The notes under the pieces were generated by a model. It saw only the letters and a list, made by a program, of their open reading frames with translations, ran no database searches and was not told the origin of the DNA. From contig JBPOGI010000002.1 in the NCBI GenBank assembly GCA_051251855.1, positions 480,001-544,000 on the forward strand: a stretch of 64,000 nt of DNA, read 5' to 3'. The position numbers and the translations under genes were made by a program. This DNA comes from Roseibacillus sp. Lineage in GTDB: Bacteria; Verrucomicrobiota; Verrucomicrobiia; Verrucomicrobiales; Akkermansiaceae. Below, piece after piece: positions 1 through 8,619 of this stretch. Every line of letters begins with the position of its first letter. The first letter of the stretch is position 1.

Positions 1-162
1 AAGTATTCCCAGCAGGTGGGTTGGTTCACCAGTCTGGTCTCCAAAGCGGATACATTGAAGCCTCTTCAGAAATTGTTAGAACGCCACTCCGCGAAAGAGG
101 TGAGAGTGGTATCGATGAGCCAGGGCCAGAAGCAAAGTCGTTTTATTGCTTGGCGATTCTGA
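1..162 (+). CDS. rlmF: 3' end of 23S rRNA m6A1618 methyltransferase (partial, runs off the window start)
   Basis: Frame 1 translates to KYSQQVGWFTSLVSKADTLKPLQKLLERHSAKEVRVVSMSQGQKQSRFIAWRF*. WFTSLVSK and QGQKQSRFIAW match the RlmF C-terminus. Confidence 0.85.
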   Translation, partial: KYSQQVGWFTSLVSKADTLKPLQKLLERHSAKEVRVVSMSQGQKQSRFIAWRF

Positions 163-212
163 GGTGAGCTGAATGTTTGTGCTTCTGCCTGATTTCCGCT
201 AATAAATCGGAA

Positions 213-1496
213 ATGCATAATTCCGAACATACGGTCTCGCGCCGCAATGCCATTAAGAGTCTGGCCGCGATGGCAACGGTCTCCTTTACCCCTCGTCACA
301 TTCTTGCAGCGCCGACGGCGCCGAGCAATCAGTTGACCCGAGCCATTATTGGCTGCGGAGGGATTAGCAAGGCCCATCTCGGAATGCCCGGTAAGTTGCT
401 CGCGCTCTGCGATGTGGACTCCAATCACTTAGCTGACCGAATGAAGCAGGTTCAGGATGGCGGTAACAGGGATGTAAAAGGCTATCATGATTTTCGGGAG
501 ATCATTGCTCGCGATGACATCGACATCATTCATGTTGCCACGCCACCGCATTGGCACGCCGAGATGGCTATCGAAGCAGCCAAGGCTGGCAAAGCGATTT
601 GGGGTGAAAAGCCGATGAGCCGAACTATTGGGGAAGGGATTGCGATGAAGAAGGCCATCGCCGACGCGGGCGTCGCCTTTCGGGTCAATACTTGGTTCCG
701 CTTCCAGAGAAACTTCTACGGTATGGGCACCTCTGCCCGCCGGGTGCGCAAGGCGGTGATGGGGGGTCTGTTAGGTGATGGTCCCTACAAGGTGACTCTC
801 AGTGGCGTGACTGGCTTTGATTGGAAATTCCAATGGTCGGGTCGGACTGACCTCACCGAGAAAAAAATTCCAGCGCACTTCGATTATGATTTCTGGCTGG
901 GACCGGCTCCTCACAAGCCCTATCACCCTCACCGTACTCACAGTACTTTCCGCGGTTATTGGGACTATGATGGCGGTGGTTTGGGCGACATGGGCCAGCA
1001 CTATTTGGATCCGGTTCAATACATCTTGGGCAAGGATGATGAGCTCCCAATCTCAGTGGAAATTGATGCCGATAAGCAAGACGACGATGCCGTCGGTAGC
1101 TGGCGTCGTATTACTTTCACCTATGCCGATGGCACCCAAATCGTTCTCGATGGAGAGAACAAGGACAAGGAGGCAGCCTTTATAGAAGGGCCCGAGGGGA
1201 AAATCTTTAAGGACTTTGAATCGGATATCACGGGCTTTGCTGAGAAGGTTGATGCATTGCCCGAACCGCCGGACCAAGTGACGGATTTTCATGTAGCTAT
1301 CAAGGAGAAGAAGAAGTTCGCGCTCAATGAAGAGAACGGCTTCAACTCTTGCTGCCTGGTGAACCTGGGTAAGATAGCCCACCGCGTTAATGGCAACTTG
1401 GAGTTCGATCCCAAGGCCATGAGAATCACGAACAATGAGGAGGCCCAAGCGCTCATTCATCAGGCCGCGCGTGAAGAGTGGAAACTGAAGGGGTAG
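213..1496 (+). CDS. Gfo/Idh/MocA family oxidoreductase with Tat signal
   Basis: SRRNAIK twin-arginine motif, IIGCGG Rossmann motif, ATPPHWH, EKP, WLGPAP, DMGQHYLD. The start is moved to the ATG at 213. Confidence 0.9.
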   Translation: MHNSEHTVSRRNAIKSLAAMATVSFTPRHILAAPTAPSNQLTRAIIGCGGISKAHLGMPGKLLALCDVDSNHLADRMKQVQDGGNRDVKGYHDFREIIARDDIDIIHVATPPHWHAEMAIEAAKAGKAIWGEKPMSRTIGEGIAMKKAIADAGVAFRVNTWFRFQRNFYGMGTSARRVRKAVMGGLLGDGPYKVTLSGVTGFDWKFQWSGRTDLTEKKIPAHFDYDFWLGPAPHKPYHPHRTHSTFRGYWDYDGGGLGDMGQHYLDPVQYILGKDDELPISVEIDADKQDDDAVGSWRRITFTYADGTQIVLDGENKDKEAAFIEGPEGKIFKDFESDITGFAEKVDALPEPPDQVTDFHVAIKEKKKFALNEENGFNSCCLVNLGKIAHRVNGNLEFDPKAMRITNNEEAQALIHQAAREEWKLKG

Positions 1497-1664
1497 CTCG
1501 TCCTGTAGTTTTTACAAGGCTCTGGCCCACGGTGGTCTGGTCTGAGAAGGGCCCCAGCGGTTGCGGTAAAAGGCTGGGAGTTGCGCGGAGGGAGAGTCGC
1601 AGAGGAAATGGGTTGAAATCGAGATTGCGAATTTGAGGAGTTATTCGGGCAGCAACGATTTGCC

Positions 1665-3857
1665 TTACTCGAGGGGTATTCCGACAAGGTCTGCTTGGAA
1701 GCGGTAGAAGATTTTAGGAGTGGCGGGGGATGGGCTGATGTTGTTGTCGAAGATGACGATGCTGGTCCCCGCGTTGATAAAGGTGTCGACTCCGGGAGCG
1801 ATGAAGTCGGGCCCGTCGTCAGGGTTGGCAGAGCGGAAGATTTCGACCCAGACTTCGAGGTTGGTTGAGCGCTCGATGATTGAGATTGCTTCCCCAGCGG
1901 CTTCGAAGTTGTAGCCGAATTCGAGGGTGGGGTGGTCGTTGTTGGCGAATTCGAATTGGAGATTTCGAAAGTGATCAGGGTCGGCAACTGCGGGGTCGGT
2001 GCCGAGGGTGAACTCAATGCCGAAGGGGCTGCCGTCATTGTCCAAGTCGGTGAGCCAGATGGAGGGGTAGTCCACGTCGCTAGGATTATTCCAGTTCGGG
2101 GCTTCAGTGGCTCCGATGTCCGGGGTGGAGGTGCCGTCATTGTCTCCGTCGAGCGAGCGAGCAAAGCCACGCTGGTCAGTTGCATTGTTAGGGGTGTTAT
2201 CCGCCACATCAATGGCAGGGGAGCCGGGGAGTGGGATCATGGTCTGGGTGGAGCCGCCATAGTCGCCGAGGGGGGAGAGGTTTGGGTTTGCTAAAATAAG
2301 CCCGGGCGTGCCAGTTGTGATTGAGTCTTGGCCCGAGAGACTGGAGAGGATGCTGTTTCCTGTAATGGAGGCCGCAGATCCACTCCCCAATTGGCTTAGG
2401 TCGACCCAACCCAGTCCAGTGTTTTCGGCCAGGATGGAATGATTCAAAGTCACGAGCGCAAGGCCCCCATTGGAGAGGCTGGAAATGCCGCCGCCAGTCG
2501 AAGTGGCCGAATTTTCAGCAATGGTGCAGGCATCCAAATTGAGGGTGACGCCGCCATTGCTGCCCAGAATGTAAATCCCGCCGCCAAAAGTTGAGGAGTT
2601 TTTGGAAAGGGTGCAAGAGTCGAGGTTGATAGTCGCATCTCCATCGTCGCTGCCGTTGATGTAGATGCCACCCGCGCGAGATTCGGAGTGGTTCTTTGAG
2701 AGCGTGCAGGAATTGAGGTTGAGGGAAGCGTTTCCTCCATTGGGGCTGTCAATAAAGATCCCCCCTCCGGTAAAGTTGGCCCTGTTCCCCGAGAGGGTGC
2801 AGGAGTCGAGGCTAATGGAAGAGTTAGCGAGAGGTCCGCCAGAGTAGATTGCCCCTCCATGGTTGGAAGAGTTGTCAGAGAGAACACAAGCGTTCACCTC
2901 GAAACTTGCAGGGCTGCCGGGTTCTGAGCCTCCGCCGTTGTTGTAGATTCCGCCTCCGCTGGATTCTGCAAAGTTGCTCGAGAGAAAACAGTCATTGAGG
3001 ACGATGTTCGAACTCCGATCGTTGAAATCCAGGGTGTAGATTCCTCCCCCGCGCAGAGCATTATTGGAGGTGAGGATGCACGAGTCCAGAGTGAGGCTGG
3101 CGTTGGCATTTCTGATGGCACCCCCATTGTCTGCGGAATTGTCGGAAAGGGTGCAGGACCTCAGGTGAAAGGTCGCGTTGCCGGTAGTAGAGCCCTGGTT
3201 ACTAATGCCGCCTCCCGAGTGGAAAAAGTCTCCAAGGAATGAATTTTCAGACAGGACACACGATTGTAGATTGGCGGTAGAGTTACCGTTCGAAAAGCTG
3301 AGGTTATAAATGCCGCCACCATCGACCCGTGCAAAATTTTCGGAAATTGCGCAGTCATTCAAACTGAGGGAGGCAATGCCATCAATGCCAGAACCTTGGT
3401 TACAAATGCCTCCGCCGCTGCCCCCAGTGGAATTGCTTGATATCGTGCAATGACTCAGGCTGAGAGTTGCATTTTCATTAAAGATGGCGCCACCGTTGTC
3501 CTCGTCCCCGGGCGACAAGAAAACTGTGTTTCCACCTGTGAAAGTGAGGTGGGAGATTGAGGCGTTGGCTCCTTCTTCAATCTTTAGAACTCGCGAATTC
3601 CCTCCCGCATCGAGTGTGATCCCGAGACTGTTAGCAGTGATTTCGATCTCAACACCGGCGGGGACGGTGAGCTGGCTTTCAAGGTCAATGGTTCCTCCGT
3701 CGAGAGTGGCGTCAAAGGTGATTTCAGTGGGTGCGGCTATGGTGGCAGATGCCAGAGCTTCTCGTAAAGTGCCGGCCCCATCATCGGCCAGGGAACTGAC
3801 GATAACTTGAGAATGAAGAATTGAGGTTGAGAACGCGATGAGAAGCAAGGTCTTCAT
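1665..3857 (-). CDS. Secreted beta-helix protein with GG(A/G)I repeats, a choice-of-anchor Q-like region and a C-terminal FYR domain
   Basis: Signal peptide; VSSLADDGAGTLREAL (CSLREA-like); many GG[AG]I[YF]N...LS.N repeats; LGDYGG.TQT...PGSPAID...DQRG...DIGATE. Confidence 0.8.
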   Translation of the reverse strand: MKTLLLIAFSTSILHSQVIVSSLADDGAGTLREALASATIAAPTEITFDATLDGGTIDLESQLTVPAGVEIEITANSLGITLDAGGNSRVLKIEEGANASISHLTFTGGNTVFLSPGDEDNGGAIFNENATLSLSHCTISSNSTGGSGGGICNQGSGIDGIASLSLNDCAISENFARVDGGGIYNLSFSNGNSTANLQSCVLSENSFLGDFFHSGGGISNQGSTTGNATFHLRSCTLSDNSADNGGAIRNANASLTLDSCILTSNNALRGGGIYTLDFNDRSSNIVLNDCFLSSNFAESSGGGIYNNGGGSEPGSPASFEVNACVLSDNSSNHGGAIYSGGPLANSSISLDSCTLSGNRANFTGGGIFIDSPNGGNASLNLNSCTLSKNHSESRAGGIYINGSDDGDATINLDSCTLSKNSSTFGGGIYILGSNGGVTLNLDACTIAENSATSTGGGISSLSNGGLALVTLNHSILAENTGLGWVDLSQLGSGSAASITGNSILSSLSGQDSITTGTPGLILANPNLSPLGDYGGSTQTMIPLPGSPAIDVADNTPNNATDQRGFARSLDGDNDGTSTPDIGATEAPNWNNPSDVDYPSIWLTDLDNDGSPFGIEFTLGTDPAVADPDHFRNLQFEFANNDHPTLEFGYNFEAAGEAISIIERSTNLEVWVEIFRSANPDDGPDFIAPGVDTFINAGTSIVIFDNNISPSPATPKIFYRFQADLVGIPLE

Positions 3858-3983
3858 GATTGAGAAAAGAAGGGTTTAATTATTGGAATATTCTATCTGA
3901 TTCATTGTTTCTGAACCTTAGGTTGGAGCGAGGAAAAAATGCCTCGAACCAAAACTTGAAAGTCTCGCTGCAGTTTCTTGCCC

Positions 3984-4018
3984 AAAAAAACGGCCTTCGG
4001 GGTCTCCCGAAAGCCGTT
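3984..4018 (-). terminator. Rho-independent terminator after the thioredoxin-like/SHD1 gene
   Basis: Minus strand AACGGCTTTCGGG-AGAC-CCCGAAGGCCGTT, with the 3' arm running into a T7 tract, about 25 nt past the stop at 4043. Confidence 0.8.
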
Positions 4019-4042
4019 ACTAGTTGAAAATGCGGTTGCTAT

Positions 4043-4744
4043 CTACTCGGTCATTTCTTTGAGGAGAGCTTGGCTGTGGTCAGACAAGTTCTCGAGGGGA
4101 TAGGTGGTGTTCTTTCCATTGGCGAGTTGAAAGACGACGTTGAGATCATCAACGGAAACGACAGCGGCGGTGATGGTCTTGCCTTGGACGTTGGTCCAGG
4201 CGCGGCTCTCGATGAGGAGGCTGTTCTCTGAATTTTCAGAATACCTTTCATCGGTCTCTACCGCGGTAACTTCACCATGGAGGAGGGAAGGGTCGTCTTT
4301 AATCTGCTTTCTCACTTCGCGAACCAGCTTTTTGATAGAGTCGCTGGTGGCGTTGTCTGCACTGAATCCTGCGATGGGCTTGGTGCCGTCCGTATTGGTG
4401 ATGACCACAAAGGGAAGCAATTTTTTTGGTCCCTGAATGACCTTGGTAAGTTCGCTGGGGATGCGCCCGTGACGAGCTGTGTCTTTCGACTTTCTATCGA
4501 TAAGGACAAAGACACCTGTGGACTTAAATGCATCGAAAGTCGCCGAACCGACGACAAAGGATTTTCCTCATGCAAGATCCAGTCATGTATCGACGAAGAT
4601 GAGGGGCTTTTCTTGTTCCGTGGCGTAGGCTTTGGCTTCTTCGAGCTCGGCAAGAGGATAGGATCTACGCGGAATATCTAGTTCTGCAAAGGCAGAGATA
4701 GAAGCCGCGGCCGAGATGAATAGCAGTGTGGCTAATGATTTCAT
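4043..4744 (-). CDS. Exported thioredoxin-like + SHD1 domain protein with two in-frame UGA codons (putative selenoprotein)
   Basis: ORFs 4583..4825 and 4043..4420 are in one frame: MKSLATLLFISAAASISAFA...EEAKAYATEQEKPLIFVDT-UGA-LDLA-UGA-GKSFVVGSATFDAFKSTGVFVLID...LLPFVVITNTDG...SRAWTNVQGKTITA (SHD1-like). UGAs are at 4585-4583 and 4570-4568, with no other stop in frame. Confidence 0.7.
4539..4555 (-). promoter_or_regulatory. SECIS-like hairpin downstream of the UGA pair
   Basis: Minus strand GTCGTCG-GTT-CGGCGAC (7 bp including one G-U, G-initiated loop). The stem starts 12 nt after the second UGA. Confidence 0.55.
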
Positions 4745-4847
4745 CTCTTTCGTTATGAAATCATTTTTGATTTCAGCAAGAAAAAAGAAGAGGCTGACTG
4801 AGGGGTGGTCAGTGAGTTGCAGCACCTAGAAAAAGGAAAGAGGAGGG

Positions 4848-5741
4848 TTAGCGGCTAAAGAAGGCGAGCATTTGCCAGCCGAGGGCGAAGATGAGGAGGT
4901 GGGCGCCGGCGAGGGCGAGTTGACCGTTGAGGGCGGGGGAGGGGCCGTTTTCTTTTACGGAGCTGACCACGCGGATGGCGGGGAAGGCGAGAATGAGGAC
5001 CGCGAAGAAGATGTCGGTGAGAGGAGGTTCTCCTAGTTGAACTTTTCGCGCGATGTAGAAGGAGACGATGGCGATAAGGTATTCGATGCGGAGAAGGTTG
5101 GAGGCTTTTTCGAAGCCCCACTGCACGGCGAGGGTGCGTTTGTTAGATTTTTCGTCTTCTTCGATATCGCGCAGGTTGTTGATGGTGATGAGGACGGCGG
5201 AGAGGCAGCCGACGGTGAGGCCGAGCCAGGCGGCTGCAGGGAGGAAGAGTCCGGTTTGCACGAAAACGGTTCCAGTGACCGCGATGAGGCCGAAGAAGAG
5301 GACGACAAAGATTTCGCCAAGGCCGAGATAGGCGAGGGGGAAGGGGCCGCCGGTGTAACCGTAGGCAAGGAAGAGACTGGGAATGCCGATGGCGAGAATG
5401 ACCCAGCCTCGGGCGGCAATGAGGGGCCAGGCGCAGAGGGCGGCAGCTACGAGAAAGAGAGTAGCAAGGAGGTAGACGTTCTTTCGCGAGAGGAGGCCGT
5501 TGGCGGTGACGCGGGTGGGCCCGAGGCGGTCTTCGGTGTCAGCTCCTTTGGCGTCGTCGATGGCGTCATTGAAGAAGTTGGTAGCGATTTGAATGCAGAT
5601 GGCGCTGCCAAGAGTGGCGAGAGCGAGGATCCAACTGAAGGAGTCGGTCGCTTGCCAAGCGAGGACACAACCGACCCAGACGGGAACGATAGCAGCAGGA
5701 AGGGTCTTGGGGCGGGCGGCGAGGAGAAGAGGCTTGAGCAT
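4848..5741 (-). CDS. menA: 1,4-dihydroxy-2-naphthoate prenyltransferase
   Basis: LAARPKTLPA, QIATNFFNDAIDDAKGAD...RLGP.R, YTGGPFPLAY.GLGE, INNLRDIEED...KRTLAV; multi-TM. The ORF-track N-terminal extension comes from a REP, so the start is set at ATG 5741. Confidence 0.93.
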   Translation of the reverse strand: MLKPLLLAARPKTLPAAIVPVWVGCVLAWQATDSFSWILALATLGSAICIQIATNFFNDAIDDAKGADTEDRLGPTRVTANGLLSRKNVYLLATLFLVAAALCAWPLIAARGWVILAIGIPSLFLAYGYTGGPFPLAYLGLGEIFVVLFFGLIAVTGTVFVQTGLFLPAAAWLGLTVGCLSAVLITINNLRDIEEDEKSNKRTLAVQWGFEKASNLLRIEYLIAIVSFYIARKVQLGEPPLTDIFFAVLILAFPAIRVVSSVKENGPSPALNGQLALAGAHLLIFALGWQMLAFFSR

Positions 5742-5753
5742 GGGTGCGTGCAA

Positions 5754-5887
5754 GGAGCATGGACATTCTTGTCCATGAATCAATAGAATCACGCTGGAGC
5801 AGCGGCGTTTATTGCCGCCGAACCTTTTGGACGATTGCAGCGCTGGGCGGCAGTAAAGGCCGCCCCTCCGTAGGTTGTCCCTGCTCC
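5754..5887. repeat. REP doublet (family B), with a family A REPIN nested inside
   Basis: Left arm GGAGCATGGACATTCTTGTCCATG (5754-5777) and right-arm remnant TGTCCCTGCTCC (5876-5887) match the intact doublet at 10412-10476. Confidence 0.6.
5796..5869. repeat. 74-bp REPIN-like palindromic element, family A copy 1
   Basis: GGAGCAGCGGCGTTTATTGCCGC...GCGGCAGTAAAGGCCGCCCCTCC; 64/74 identical to 7849-7922 by hand count. Confidence 0.85.
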
Positions 5888-5909
5888 ATTCCTGAGCGGC
5901 GAGGACTGA

Positions 5910-7271
5910 CTATTGAATGAGGCGGGTCTTGGGGTATTGGGCCTGCCAACCGAACCAGAAGGATTGGTGGGAGGGGTAACGAGGGAGGGTTTGGTCTGAT
6001 TTTTCGAGCTTTAGGGAGTTTTCGGTGAGGGTCCAGTTTTGACCGTCTTGGTCCTGCAACGTTTCCCAGCCATCCCATTTTTTGAAGACTTGGCCTGAAG
6101 TTTGATAGACTCTGCTCTCACCTTGAGGGGTTGTGATGATGACGATTTCGTCGCTTCCAACTTTGGTCGAGAAGAGAGGGGTCTTCTTGAGGAATTCGGT
6201 GTCGATGGCGACTGCGGAGTTGGGTTTATTGTTTCTCAGTGCAACAATTTCGCGCTTGTTGGGGAGTCTCTTATCAAGCTGAGGCACTTGGAACATCAGT
6301 CGGTCGGTTTCGAAGTAGCTTTCATAGGCCGCGCCTTCGTCGTAGTCTCTTTGGTGGCCAGTTTCTAAGGAAAGAGTAGTTGTTTTGGGGTGTCGCTTCT
6401 TCCAATCGCCCCAAGTGGTGGTGACCACGCTTCTTCGCTCGAGGGCGATGTCTTTGTCAACGAGGGGTCCGATAACGGGCTTGCCATGCAAGGTGCTCCA
6501 AAGTGAGGAGGTTGCTTTATCATACATGAGCTTGTTCGAACGATAGAGAAAGCCACTGGTCCCGAGTTGATGGAGGGTGCCTTTGTGTTGTGTTTCATAC
6601 AGAACCACAGTGCCACAAAGCGTTCAGTAGACGCCGGCGAGGGGGATGCCTTGGATGGTGTCGACGAACATCTCGTGCCAGGCGAGAATGCGCTTGGGGT
6701 AGGCGCGCGCTTCGCCTTCAACCTCAATGCCAAAGACGACGTCGCTGTCAGCTAGGTAGTCGGCGGAAGCTACTGAAATCATTCTGGGGTTTCGAAGGGG
6801 AGGAATTCCGTCTTGGAGAACTCCTCCCCAGACAACTTCGTCAAGCCGGATGATGGCTTTGTGTTTGTTGTCGAAGTAGTTTGCGAATTTTGGGTCTATC
6901 CGTTGATAGAGTTCTGATTTGAAAGAGGAATAGTTTGGTGAGGTTTGGTAGTCTTGAGACCAAAGCCAGTTTTTCCAGGCATCGCGGTCGTCGCCGAAGC
7001 TTTCGTCAGTTTGGGCGTGGAGGAAATCAAAGAGCTTTCGTGCGAGGAGTCGATCGCGGTTGAGACGCTGTGTTTCAAGAATCATGGGGACCTGAGCGGT
7101 ACTCCAACGGGCGGCGAGAGACTTTTTTGCCTTGTCCCACTGGTAGGGATCATCAGCGAGGCCTAGATAAAGGTCTGCGATGGGAGCGTTGGTGGTTTTG
7201 GCGTCTTGAGAGGGCGAGCAACTGACCAACAGCAGTAAGGTCGCGCTCACAAGAGGGGGAATCGGTCTCAT
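5910..7271 (-). CDS. DUF3179 family lipoprotein with in-frame UGA (Y-U-T-L-C), putative selenoprotein
   Basis: ORFs 6624..7271 and 5910..6608 are in frame across TGA 6626-6624 (...LAGVY-UGA-TLCGTVVLYE...). Family motifs: WGGV.QDGIPPL, ARAYP.RIL.WHE, SGFLYRSNKLMYD.AT.SLW, TTWGDWK..HP, FWFGW. Lipobox LVSC. Confidence 0.85.
6581..6620 (-). promoter_or_regulatory. SECIS-like hairpin downstream of the DUF3179 UGA
   Basis: Minus strand: lower stem CTTTGTG/CACAAAG, then TGTG/CACA, then TTC/GAA closing a UGUAU loop that starts 22 nt after the UGA. Confidence 0.6.
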
Positions 7272-7394
7272 AGTTTATAGGACGCTCTGGAGTTTGTTTT
7301 CATTCCCCGAAAAGATGAAGGCGAGAAGGGCGGAAGCGGGAGGGGTTGACATTGCGGGCTTGGGCCTCAGGTTGCGATCGGCGCAGGCCATTTA

Positions 7395-7844
7395 ATGAGT
7401 AATTTTGACTTGCGGGGGAATCCTGCCTTTCCCTGGCACAATGACGACAACAATCCGTGCACTTCTTGTGGAGCCTGTTGTGCCCACTTTCGAGTTTCTT
7501 TCTATCAGGGAGAGAGTGCGGAGTCTCCTTGGGGGACGGTGCCGGCGAAGTTGACTGAGTCGCTGACTCACCATCGTCTATTTATGAAGGGGACGAATCA
7601 GAAGAAGCCGCGTTGTGTGGCGTTGCACGGTGAGATCGGAAAGTGTGTGGGGTGTTCGATTCATGCGGAGCGGGCTTCGGTGTGCCGGGAGTTTCCGCCG
7701 TCGTGGGAGAATGGTGTGCATAATCCGGACTGTGATCGAGCAAGAGCAGCGCATGGGATGTTGCCGTTAGAGAATCCGGAGATTGTTCCCTTCGAGCCTG
7801 ATGATCTACCGACGGGGCCGGTGTTGCCGAAGAGAGCGGCGTAG
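7395..7844 (+). CDS. YkgJ family cysteine-cluster (CxxCxxCC) protein
   Basis: CTSCGACCAHFRVSFY, RCVAL.GEIG, CSIH..RASVCREF. Confidence 0.88.
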   Translation: MSNFDLRGNPAFPWHNDDNNPCTSCGACCAHFRVSFYQGESAESPWGTVPAKLTESLTHHRLFMKGTNQKKPRCVALHGEIGKCVGCSIHAERASVCREFPPSWENGVHNPDCDRARAAHGMLPLENPEIVPFEPDDLPTGPVLPKRAA

Positions 7845-7848
7845 AGGT

Positions 7849-7922
7849 GGAGCGGCGGCCTTTATTGCCGCTGGAGGTTTTGGACGATTGCAGTGGTGGG
7901 CGACAGTAAAGGTCGCCCCTCC
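7849..7922. repeat. 74-bp REPIN-like palindromic element, family A copy 2
   Basis: Same length and orientation as 5796-5869; fills the gap between two convergent stop codons. Confidence 0.85.
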
Positions 7923-7923
7923 G

Positions 7924-8619
7924 TCAATGGTAGCGGTAGCCGGCTCCGTGGACGGTTTTGATGACTTCGGGGTCGGCGGGGTCGGGTTCGATCTTTTTGC
8001 GCAGCTGGGAGATGTGTTGATCGAGAGAGCGGCTGTTAGGGAAGTAGTCCATACCCCAGGCGTGATTATAGAGCTCGTCGCGGGTGATGACTTGTGAGGG
8101 ACGGTCGTGGAAGAGCTGCAGGATTTTTAGGTCGCGGAGAGAGAGTTGGATTTCTTCTTCGCCGCGAAAGGCGCGGAGTTCGGCGGGGAAGACTTGAAGG
8201 GGGCCGAGGAGGAAGTTGGTGCCGAGAGAGGGTTTCTTTTCTAAGAGACGAGTACGGCGCAGGATGGCGCGGATGCGGGCGAGGATCTCGCGGACACCGA
8301 AGGGTTTGGCGACGTAGTCGTCGGCACCGAGTTCGAGTCCGACGACGGTGTCGATTTCTTCGGACTTGGCGGTGAGGAAAAGGAGGGGGACTTGGGCGTC
8401 TTCGCGGCGGATGCGCTTACAGACTTCGTAGCCATCGAGCTCGGGCATCATGACGTCGAGGCAGACGAGGTCGGGTTTTTCGGCTTGGAAATGTTCGAGG
8501 GCTTCGCGTCCGTTAGAGGCGGCGATGACTTGGAAGCCTTCTTGGGTGAGAATACGCACAAGGGCTTCACGGGTGTGGTGGTCGTCTTCGGCGACGAGGA
8601 TTTTGACGGAATCAGGCAT
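7924..8619 (-). CDS. OmpR/PhoB family response regulator
   Basis: ILVAEDD, LDVMMP, LTAK, GADDYVAKPF, winged-helix end IKTVHGAGY. Confidence 0.95.
   Translation of the reverse strand: MPDSVKILVAEDDHHTREALVRILTQEGFQVIAASNGREALEHFQAEKPDLVCLDVMMPELDGYEVCKRIRREDAQVPLLFLTAKSEEIDTVVGLELGADDYVAKPFGVREILARIRAILRRTRLLEKKPSLGTNFLLGPLQVFPAELRAFRGEEEIQLSLRDLKILQLFHDRPSQVITRDELYNHAWGMDYFPNSRSLDQHISQLRKKIEPDPADPEVIKTVHGAGYRYH

Noticed and set aside
5742..5792. N-terminal extension of MenA (MILLIHGQECPCSLHAP) with an apparent CxC motif
   Set aside because: It is the translation of a family B REP palindrome; the better start is the ATG at 5741.
4043..7271. Calling the two split genes simple pseudogenes
   Set aside because: There are no frameshifts or TAA/TAG stops, all interruptions are TGA at or beside redox-motif positions, and hairpins follow. 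Pseudogene status is still possible for the double-UGA gene.
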